Shown: positions 54,004-64,000 of the stretch, one piece after another
How positions within the stretch are numbered: the stretch's first letter is position 1
How the letters are laid out: every line of letters starts with the position of its first letter
Origin: Eledone cirrhosa
Taxonomy: Eukaryota
Assembly (NCBI GenBank): GCA_964016885.1
Contig: OZ024741.1
Coordinates: 54,994,001 to 55,058,000, forward strand
DNA: 64,000 nucleotides
Direction of reading: 5' to 3'
Notes under the pieces: generated by a model
The model's database searches: none
Told to the model about the DNA's origin: nothing
The model's input: only the letters and a program-made list of their open reading frames with translations
Translations under genes and position numbers: made by a program

Positions 54004-55048
54004 AGCTCCCTGATGGCTATCACATCTATACTGTGCAACTTGAGGTTATTTAAAAGTTGGCCCTGTTTCCAGGGCATCCCCAGGCCACCAACGTTAACAC
54101 TTCCCACTCTTATACTCGCCATGTTGGTAAGGAAGAGTTTGAAAAGGACGAAAAGACCACAACAACGGGTGTTGTTGTGGTAGTTTTACGTGGAGTGAGG
54201 TGGGTGAGACTGTGTTTGTGGTTAGACTTGTTATTTTTGTGTGTTGTTGTTGTTACTGTGGTGGTGGTGGTGGTATTTTTGGTGTTGGCAGTAGTGTTTT
54301 TTTGTTGTTTTGTGTACAAGTTGAGGACAAGAAGCCTTCAAATGTGTTGTGCTGAAACATTTGAAACAGCTAGGCTTCTCGCCCTCGACAGAAATGTGAA
54401 TGTAGGATTGTCCATCCAGAGGCACGCGTTGTGATATTTTTGCTATCCGTTCTGGTCTCATCTTGACCAGAACTTGAAGACTTGTACCACTCCATGTGTT
54501 TCTGGAAGACTTTCCTATCGAAACAATGGTGTCTTGATCAGTATCAAATAAAGCATGTCAGAATCCACCAGACGTTTACGTTTGGTGGAATGTTTGCAAT
54601 TTTTATTTTTTGAGTCCTTTTTCCCATGTATGTGGAAAAAGGTGTATGCAGAAGACACAATTGGAGCCACAGAATATTTCTGGGTCGTCAATTGGTCCTT
54701 CATTAAAATGGAAATGCTGCCATACAGCTTTCCTCTTTGTATGAAGGCAATGTCCTTCATTACGTCTCTCAGGGTCAGTTCAATATCATTTTGTGTGAGT
54801 TGAACTGGCTTCCGCGTCTCATTCGAAATGGTTCGAAAGAGGAGGGTCCTCAGTATTGAGTCCCTACGCACTTCCGGAGGTGAGTTGGTGCTGAGAGCTA
54901 CACTTTCTCCGAAAGTTACATATGGTTTACTGTTCAGAAACATCTCCTTAGCATTCGAAATCTCTAAGGGGATGTATTTTTCAGTCTTTTGCACTGTTTG
55001 TGCAAAAGATTCTTTCTTGTTGTTGGTATGGTAGTGGTGTTACTGTCG

Positions 55049-55097
<49 letters not shown>

Positions 55098-55430
55098 CCG
55101 TTTCGTAGTTGGTGGTGTTGTATTTCTCTCTCGGCTTCTCTATCGAGTCAGCCTTTCTTTGTTTGCTAGGCAATAAGCCTATTTTAGCAAGAGGAGTTAT
55201 TCCAACTTCCTCTCTTTCGCCGCATTGAATTCTCGTGCTGATGTCAGCAGCAGGAGTCGAAGTGGGCGTACAATTTTTTCGGCCATATATTTTTTTTAAT
55301 TCCAGAGTTGTTTATAAAGTTTGGATAATAATTTCCGCCCCTAATGGGGCGAAAAATTAAGGCCCCCACCCGCTAACAAGAGACGGGTGGTTAATAAACA
55401 GATTGAAATCATTTCCAATATAATTAAACG
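54004..55430 (-). mobile_element. Tx1/L1-clade 5' fragment (ORF1 and the first codons of ORF2)
   Basis: KPSCFKCFSTTHLKASCP CCHC knuckle. MASIRVGSVNVGGLGMPWKQGQLLNNLKLHSIDVIAIRE matches the APE start of the 15190-20969 element. Confidence 0.82.
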
Positions 55431-55526
55431 CTTATTTACGATAAAATTCAAGAAAAGCTTTCCAGCGATCTGTCGCACAGCTATCAAGAGATAGATAGAT
55501 AGATAGACTGACATCAGACAGATAGG

Positions 55527-55590
<64 letters not shown>

Positions 55591-55591
<1 letters not shown>

Positions 55592-56050
55592 TTCTTTATT
55601 AGCCACAAGGGCGCACAAGAAAAGGGGACAAAACAAAGACACATGCCGGGAATTTTACATACAATCGTGTAAAAATATGAAACAAACAAATATAACAATC
55701 GAAATCCCCAATAGGGGGGAAGCGCCACAAATGGGTTGATTAATACCCCGTCGATAGAACAACCCTCAACTTCAGGAGCGTGTTGTGCAAGTGCTCCATT
55801 CTTCCTTTTGCTTTATTCTTCAACCTACAGGTTTATATACAGAGAAGGCCCAATCAGTCGGGCCATTTTTGCCACATTCACCCACCTTTCAGTAAATTTA
55901 CTGGGGTGCAGTGCCTCTCTCTCCATTCTGATTCTCCTTCTAAAGTGGTATCTAAAGAAGGGAATGAGTTGTTGTCCGGAGAGAAAGGCATCTGTCCTCA
56001 ATCCTCTCAATCTCGTCCACCATATAACCTTTTTCAACATAGCCACTAGG
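55591..56050 (-). mobile_element. Tx1/L1-clade 3' fragment inserted in (GATA)n
   Basis: LVAMLKKVIWWTRLRGL..FFRYHFRRRIRMERE..FTERWV is homologous to the end of ORF 15434-15949. The 3' end reads CCCTTGTGGCTAATAAAGAAA. GATA repeats lie on both sides. Confidence 0.87.
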
Positions 56051-56169
56051 ATAGATAGATAGACAAACATCATCGCCATTACCATCAGCAAGAATATCTC
56101 CATCATCACAATGGTCACCAGCAGTCAATTCATTACCATCCTCCTCCTCTTCCTCTTCCCCTTCCTCTT

Positions 56170-56203
56170 CCTCATCATTATCATCATCATCATCATCATC
56201 ACC

Positions 56204-56235
<32 letters not shown>

Positions 56236-56246
56236 CATCAGCATCA

Positions 56247-56277
<31 letters not shown>

Positions 56278-56289
56278 CATCATCATCAC

Positions 56290-56324
<35 letters not shown>

Positions 56325-56328
56325 ACAA

Positions 56329-56364
<36 letters not shown>

Positions 56365-56425
56365 AATCATCACCATCACCACCATCATCATCATCATCAT
56401 CAACATCATCATCATCATCATCATG
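56170..56425. repeat. (CAT)n microsatellite
   Basis: Direct reading. Confidence 0.95.
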
Positions 56426-56604
56426 AGCATCACCATTATCGACATTATCGTCATCGCCGTTACACCTATTAGTTATATAGAGATAGCTATTACCCTAATT
56501 ACTGCTGCAGGTATTCTTTTTGTTGTTGCTATTATTGTTACTTTTATTATTATTGTTGTTGTTGTTATTTCGCTTGTTGTTGTTTTTATATATATTAAGT
56601 CATT

Positions 56605-57285
56605 TGGGGGTGATGAAGTTCAAGTATCTCGGGGCCTTTTGCACGAGAGATGAAAGGCGGGATATCGAATTACGTGCAAGAGTGACAGGAGCTGTTGTAC
56701 TAATGCGCCAGCTACATCATTCAATCACCAAAAGAAGGGAAGTGGGTTTAAAAGCCAAACTTGTTATCTTCAATTCGGTATTCTTGCTAACCCTCACCTA
56801 TATTCATGAATCTTGGGTAATAACCGAAAGAATACGATTGTGAATACAAGGGGCCGAATCAGTGTTCCACCAAAGGGTTTTTAGAATAACTGTTTCTATT
56901 TTTGGCACAAGGCCAGCAATTATTTCAGTGCATTGCTGGTACTTTATTTTATCAACCCCGTAAGGATGAAAGGGCAAAGTTAACCTCGGCAGGATTTGAA
57001 TTCAGACCATAAAGTTGCGTAACTCTATGCTGCAAAGCATGGCGTCCGACTCTCTACTGATACTATCAATTCACCAACGTTACTCGATTGAGTGCGTAAC
57101 TCGGAGATTAAAGAGTCGCTTCACGTAGAACCGATATTTCTCCGAATTAAGAAATCACAGCTCCGATACTACAGATCTATGAGCAAAACCATCCGGCGGG
57201 GGGACCCGGAGTCAGAGCACGACAAAGATGGTTGGATAACATCCACGAGCTCGGTTAGTCTCGGAGATCCAAATTGATCAATTCG
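56605..57285 (+). mobile_element. RTE-clade LINE 3' fragment, interrupted by a minus-strand SINE (~56885-57078) and followed by (GAA)n
   Basis: FKYLG..ELRARV..AKLVIFNSVFLLTLTY..ESW and RNSEIKESL..IKKSQLRYY. Confidence 0.78.
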
Positions 57286-57512
57286 AAAGAAGAAGAAGAA
57301 GAAGAAGAAGAAGAAGAAGAAGAAGAAGAAGAAGAAGAAGAAGAAGAAGAAGAAGAAGAAGAAGAAGAAGAAGAAGAAGAAGAAGAAGAAGAAGAAGAAG
57401 AAGAAGAAGAAGAAGAAGAAGAAGAAGATCCTTTGTCCATTTTTTTCTCTCTTGTCCTTTCATCATTCTGCATAAAAGAAAACATATAAATACATATATG
57501 TGCGCGTGTCCG

Positions 57513-57553
<41 letters not shown>

Positions 57554-57729
57554 ATTATGTATATTATGTATGTATACATGCAGATATCTGCATACATATA
57601 TATTATATTATGTTGTATTATTTCAAATATTTGTGCTTCCCGTTTTTACGTTTATGTTGATTTTATATTGGAATAATTATTACACTATTACAAATTTTCT
57701 CTCGCCAACTTTCTCTCTTTCTGACTCTT

Positions 57730-57778
<49 letters not shown>

Positions 57779-57997
57779 TTCTTTCTTCTATTTATCTTTC
57801 TTTTTTTCCTCCTCTCTCTCCTCTCTCTCCTCTCTCTGTCCTCTCTCTCTCCCTCTCGTTCTCTCTCCTCTCTTTTTATTTCTTTCTTCCGTTTATCTTT
57901 CTTTTTCTCCTTCTCTCTCTCCTCTCTCTCTCTCTCACCCTCTCTCCCCTCTCTTTATCTCTTTTTTCTGTTTCACTTTCTTTTCTCTCTCTCTCTC

Positions 57998-58065
<68 letters not shown>

Positions 58066-58324
58066 TGTTCAATATTTGTGCAATTTCGTTTTCCGTTTCT
58101 TTACTAAGCCATCACTTTTGAAAAAAATAAAATAAGACTAAATTGATATAAACAGATCATTGAAACAAACATGAGACAGCCAATAAGAACAACTTTCTAT
58201 GTATCTTCTTCGAAAGCTTTTAGTTTAAAATGGCAGTATAGCATTGTCTGATTCGGTATCAAAATGCGTCTGTTGCCAGTAGAGTCAACAGTGATATCAC
58301 GAGAACGATGGCTCTAAAATGATG

Positions 58325-58359
<35 letters not shown>

Positions 58360-58362
<3 letters not shown>

Positions 58363-58955
58363 TTTCTGAATTTGTTTAGCGAGATTCTTTATCTGAAAAC
58401 GTGTGTTGAAACCGATATTGTTATGCTTTGAGAGGGTCATGTTGCCAATAAGAAACACACGCACCAGTGCTTTCACTCCAATTTATTATAAATTAAATTT
58501 ATAAATTTAAGAATATATAAATTTCCGGTTGGTTGGTTGGTGTTGTGTGTGTTGTGTGCTTAGTTTGCGCATATGTTACATCCGGGTGTCTTTGTGTGTT
58601 TACATTTGTTTATTTATTTGTTTATTTACATTTACTGGTTGGTTGTTTGTTCTATGTGTGTGTGTGTTTTCACAAACTAAGCACACAACACACACAAAAA
58701 CAAGATGGCGTAGGACAGAACAAAGGAGAGGCAAAAAAACAAAGAAAAAATCCCCAGTCACTGAAGAGGTCACAGAATGTGTGACGAAAGATCTTTGATA
58801 ATATATGAACAACCGTCCGGTTGTGGAACCAACCAACCAACCGGAAATTTATAAATTCTTAAATTTATAAATTTAATTTATAATAAATTGGAGTGAAAGC
58901 AACTGGTGCGTGTGTTTCTTATTGGCAACATGACCCTCCCAAAGCATAACAATAT
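58360..58955. mobile_element. Non-coding fold-back derivative of a Penelope terminal repeat (~125-bp terminal inverted repeats)
   Basis: ~58415-58540 is the reverse complement of ~58828-58954. The interior is made of rearranged pieces of 31795-32115. (TA)n flanks. Confidence 0.82.
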
Positions 58956-59014
58956 ATATATATATTGTTTCCTTACTCGTTTTTCACATCCACCGATATT
59001 ACTACACACATATA

Positions 59015-59099
<85 letters not shown>

Positions 59100-59101
<2 letters not shown>

Positions 59102-59240
59102 TAAGATACCAGTTGGACCATAGCGAACCAGAGTACTCGATACTTGAGGTGGTAGAGTAGGTAATATGAAAAGGTTCAGGACCCCGATAGATCTAGCTGT
59201 CGTAACGGCCGGAGCTCAGCCGTCGGGGTCCTGAATCTTT

Positions 59241-59243
<3 letters not shown>
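59100..59243. repeat. Second copy of the small fold-back element at 3859-4040
   Basis: The tail is homologous. Hairpin GAAAAGGTTCAGGACCCCGA...TCGGGGTCCTGAATCTTTTC. Confidence 0.75.
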
Positions 59244-59287
<44 letters not shown>

Positions 59288-59290
<3 letters not shown>

Positions 59291-60103
59291 AATTATGTCC
59301 AAAGAATCATTTGATAAAATATATACACTATTTCCTCTCCCAATTAGCATAATTAACCACATAAAAAATCAATTAGACCAGGCTATAAAAATAAAGGCTC
59401 CTATGAAGAAAAATTTGATAAATAAACGAAAGCAGCCTCTTCTTGGCCGACCGCAATAGAATATTTACCCAACATTTCAACAGCATGTAGAAATCTACTA
59501 AATATACCGTCAACCACACACAATTAGGTATAAATTTAAAGTTAGAAGAAATGCGTACACTCTTACCGTGATTATGTCCCTACCCTGGGTTTCGTCCGCG
59601 TTTTGAGATATCCTATTAGGGATAAATCTCGAGTATCGAACTCATCAGGAGACAAACTCATAGGACAGTTAATTTTCCAAAGCGATCCCCGCCAGAAATA
59701 GATTCAAAAAGGGCTAAGAATCGTGACGTGGCAGTGGTCAGGTTAGAAAGAATGTAATTAGTTGCTTACGGCGAGTGGGCTAGTTGCTAGAAAGCGCAGC
59801 CCAATATTGCCTAAATTGCATCTCAACCTAATGGGAGATTATTAAATATAAAGATTTACATATACACAAAGTCACATATATATATATGTGGCAACCGTTC
59901 ACGGTGTGGCTCAATGAAGAATTAATAAATTAAATAATCAGAGCAATATATCATAAATTATGTCCATAGAATCATTTGATAAAATATATACACTATTTCC
60001 TCTCCCAATTAGCATAATTAACCACATAAAAAATCAATTCATTGAGCCACATCGTGAACGGTTGCCACATATATATCTGTGACTTTGTGTATATGGAAAT
60101 CTT

Positions 60104-60105
<2 letters not shown>
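59288..60105 (-). mobile_element. Retrozyme-like non-coding element: 665-bp unit, 87-bp terminal direct repeat and an inverted 5' segment
   Basis: 59288-59374 equals 59953-60039 with one mismatch. 60038-60105 is the reverse complement of 59849-59918. It has an internal hammerhead and (TA)n on both sides. Confidence 0.75.
59575..59654 (-). ncRNA. Type I hammerhead ribozyme with extended stem II
   Basis: Minus strand TGTCTC-CTGATGA-GTTCG..[GAGAT..ATCC..GGAT-ATCTC]..CGGAC-GAAA-CCCAGGG-TA-GGGACA. All three stems pair. Confidence 0.85.
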
Positions 60106-60199
<94 letters not shown>

Positions 60200-60778
60200 T
60201 AGCGAGGTTTTTTATATGAAATCGTGTGTCGAAACAAATATTGTTATACTTGGGGAGGGTCATATTTGTGTAATATTGCCAGAATTAATAACAGAACACA
60301 CTCACTGTTTGGTTGGTTTTCGCTTCTCGCTGTCTTTTATATCTGCGATCTAACTTAATCGGTCCTCAATGTTGCCATTGACTGACCGACGGTCAAAAAT
60401 AATACAGATACAATATAGACACAAACACATATATATAGTTTACATAAGTTACATAAATCTTTCGTTGCACATCTGCAACATGGTCAGTGGTGTTATATTT
60501 TTTCTCCTGTTGTGTTGTATGTCTACGCCATTTTTTATTCAGTCTGTCTATATATTTATTTATTTATTTGCTTGTTTGTTTATTTTATTTTGTCTTCTTT
60601 GCGCATGCGTTTGCGTGTGTGTACAGTGTTGTGTGTGCTGTGTGACTAGTGTGTATAGTGTGTATAGTGTTGTGTCTGCTGGGTGACTAGTGTGTGTTTA
60701 TGTGCTTGTTGTTATTGTGCTTGTGTATGTATTTATTTATCTTATTTTATTTTATTTTATTTATTTACTTATTTATAC

Positions 60779-61820
60779 TTATCTTAGGTCAGTGTTGTTT
60801 GTTTGGGTGTTGTTGTTGTTCCACTCATTCTTTCTGTTTACCTTTGGTCTTCTAATTTCTATTTCACTGGCCTCTCTGATTTGCCTATCTGCTGGGTCAT
60901 TCCTATGTTTAGATATTATTCTAATTTCTATGTTGTCTATGTTACCCTCATGTTGTTGTCTAGCATGTTCGTATAGTACTGACCCGTTTTTTCGTCCTTT
61001 TAGTTCCCCCCATGCTACGAGCTGTCTCACCTATGTATGTTGTTGTCATGTTTCTGCAAGTACCCTCTGTACATCTTATGCTATAGACTACGTTTCTAGT
61101 TTTACAGTTTATCCGGGGGTTCACCTTACATATGATACATTTCCTATTGGTACAGTGGATTTTCTTAAAAGGGTAGGTTTTGCTGATCAGGGATTTTATG
61201 GTGGTTCCTGGCTTTTCTACCACCTTTATTTTTAAGTGGGTCTTTCTCAGGGCCTTTCTACACTGGTTAGCTAACTTCCCTCCAGGGGTGGCGTCCACAA
61301 ACATGACACTCTGATATCTCTGGTTGTCGTACCATGATGTGGCCTTCCATATCTTATGTCTAGCCCTATCTAAGCTATTCCATGATTTGCTCCTGTATAG
61401 TGGGCAAATTCCTTTCATGTCCAGTTCTATGAGGGTCATATACTTTTCCATGGCTCCTTCGTATACTCTGACTCTGTCTCTTTGGTTGTAGCCAGAGAAC
61501 TGCATGCGGTTGATGAAGTGTTGGATGTGTCTTTCCATTTCTGTTGGGTCGCACATGCTGGACACATTCTTCATCACTCGTACCAAATCTGCGATCAGAA
61601 TATTAAACTTAGCACTACTGGACATTGCTGAGTTTTTGAGTATCAGGTATTTGGAGGCCATGGGTTTAGCATAGTGTGAGTGGAGAATTTGGGCTCTCTC
61701 GTCTATACTGTTAATCCAGAGTTCTGTGTCTAATACAGGTAGTCTATTGTTAGGGTGTTTGGAAGGGAAGTCGATAGTTACAGTTATACTCTGGTGTATG
61801 GAATTAGCTATCTGCTGGAT
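60779..61820 (-). pseudogene. Inverted copy of the same ORF fragment with a 23-nt frameshifting deletion
   Basis: Same translation as the plus copy up to TYIGETARS. It lacks AGGTGAAAGGATAGACCAACACT. Confidence 0.88.
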
Positions 61821-61904
61821 ATTACCACTGTGGTTATTGTTGTTGTTGTTCGTATTGTTACCGTTATTACTACTGTGGTCACTGTTGCTGTGTCTGTGGT
61901 TAAC

Positions 61905-63011
61905 GTTTCTAACAAGTTTGATTTAGAACGTAGCACGATGGAAAGCATCCAGCAGATAGCTAATTCCATACACCAGAGTATAACTGTAACTATCGACTTC
62001 CCTTCCAAACACCCTAACAATAGACTACCTGTATTAGACACAGAACTCTGGATTAACAGTATAGACGAGAGAGCCCAAATTCTCCACTCACACTATGCTA
62101 AACCCATGGCCTCCAAATACCTGATACTCAAAAACTCAGCAATGTCCAGTAGTGCTAAGTTTAATATTCTGATCGCAGATTTGGTACGAGTGATGAAGAA
62201 TGTGTCCAGCATGTGCGACCCAACAGAAATGGAAAGACACATCCAACACTTCATCAACCGCATGCAGTTCTCTGGCTACAACCAAAGAGACAGAGTCAGA
62301 GTATACGAAGGAGCCATGGAAAAGTATATGACCCTCATAGAACTGGACATGAAAGGAATTTGCCCACTATACAGGAGCAAATCATGGAATAGCTTAGATA
62401 GGGCTAGACATAAGATATGGAAGGCCACATCATGGTACGACAACCAGAGATATCAGAGTGTCATGTTTGTGGACGCCACCCCTGGAGGGAAGTTAGCTAA
62501 CCAGTGTAGAAAGGCCCTGAGAAAGACCCACTTAAAAATAAAGGTGGTAGAAAAGCCAGGAACCACCATAAAATCCCTGATCAGCAAAACCTACCCTTTT
62601 AAGAAAATCCACTGTACCAATAGGAAATGTATCATATGTAAGGTGAACCCCCGGATAAACTGTAAAACTAGAAACGTAGTCTATAGCATAAGATGTACAG
62701 AGGGTACTTGCAGAAACATGACAACAACATACATAGGTGAGACAGCTCGTAGCATAGGTGAAAGGATAGACCAACACTGGGGGGAACTAAAAGGACGAAA
62801 AAACGGTTCAGTACTATACGAACATGCTAGACAACAACATGACGGTAACATAGACAACATAGAAATTAGAATAATATCTAAACATAGAAATGACCCAGCA
62901 GATAGGCAAATCAGAGAGGCCAGTGAAATAGAAATTAGAAGACCAAAGGTAAACAGAAAGAATGAGAGGAACAACAACAACACCCAAACAAACAACACTG
63001 ACCTAAGATAA
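61905..63011 (+). pseudogene. Penelope RT C-terminus plus GIY-YIG endonuclease (5'-truncated, open frame)
   Basis: LPVLDTELW, HYAKPMAS, MQFSGY, C..C..C..C, NVVYSIRC..TYIGETARSIGERIDQH, H and RQIREA..VN. Confidence 0.88.
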
Positions 63012-63925
63012 GTATAAATAAGTAAATAAATAAAATAAAATAAAATAAGATAAATAAATACATACACAAGCACAATAACAACAAGCACATAAACACACAC
63101 TAGTCACCCAGCAGACACAACACTATACACACTATACACACTAGTCACACAGCACACACAACACTGTACACACACGCAAACGCATGCGCAAAGAAGACAA
63201 AATAAAATAAACAAACAAGCAAATAAATAAATAAATATATAGACAGACTGAATAAAAAATGGCGTAGACATACAACACAACAGGAGAAAAAATATAACAC
63301 CACTGACCATGTTGCAGATGTGCAACGAAAGATTTATGTAACTTATGTAAACTATATATATGTGTTTGTGTCTATATTGTATCTGTATTATTTTTGACCG
63401 TCGGTCAGTCAATGGCAACATTGAGGACCGATTAAGTTAGATCGCAGATATAAAAGACAGCGAGAAGCGAAAACCAACCAAACAGTGAGTGTGTTCTGTT
63501 ATTAATTCTGGCAATATTACACAAATATGACCCTCCTCAAGTATAACAATATATATATATACAAAATAAGTAGGATGAACACAGAAATATATTGAAACAA
63601 ACTATTTTAAGTATAAATATATATACATATATATATATATATATACTTAAAAGAGTTTGTGTCAATGTATTTCTATGGTCATTCTGTTTGTCGTGAACTA
63701 AATATATATGCTCATATATGTATGTGTATATTATTTATTCATGTGTGTGTATAGAAAGACTTGAGTGTAAACAAGAAGCTTAACAGCGAAATAGAACACT
63801 CAATACGACAGGTAGAGTATTGTGTATTAATTGAAGATGACGCACAATATTTCAATACCCACCGTTTGACGCACTTCATCATCAGAAAAATATTGTCTGT
63901 AAAGATTGCTGATAGGAATCTTATG

Positions 63926-63972
<47 letters not shown>

Positions 63973-64000
63973 CGTGTATGTTCCTGTGTGTGTGCATGCG

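Larger units (their letters stand above)
60197..63552. mobile_element. Penelope-like element present as a ~1.6-kb inverted duplication
   Basis: 60238-61820 is the reverse complement of 61947-63552, with a 126-bp spacer and (TA)n flanks. Confidence 0.93.

Noticed and set aside
63835-63900. Minus-strand CTGATGA...GAAA
   Set aside because: Stem II and the stem I/cleavage-triplet geometry do not fit a hammerhead.

Overview
This is eukaryotic, AT-rich DNA made almost entirely of retrotransposons and satellites. I found no credible host gene, RNA gene or CRISPR array. The abundant tRNA-type SINE and the microsatellite load resemble octopod cephalopod genomes (inference). The window holds one intact R4/Dong-like RLE LINE ORF (11685-15077) and four truncated relatives, all ending in (TAA)n. 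It also holds a near full-length degraded Tx1/L1 element with two fragments of a relative, two RTE fragments, a decayed Ty3/Gypsy pol, at least five Penelope-like (RT + GIY-YIG) elements, about a dozen SINE copies and several kilobase-scale satellites. The most notable signal, read by eye, is eight hammerhead-ribozyme motifs with an intact core plus several degenerate ones, most of them in (TA)n-flanked, fold-back, non-coding modules. One is a 665-bp unit with 87-bp terminal redundancy that looks like a reverse-transcribed circular RNA (retrozyme-like). Several inversion breakpoints fall at ribozyme boundaries. Coordinates are hand-counted, and element edges may be off by a few to tens of bases.
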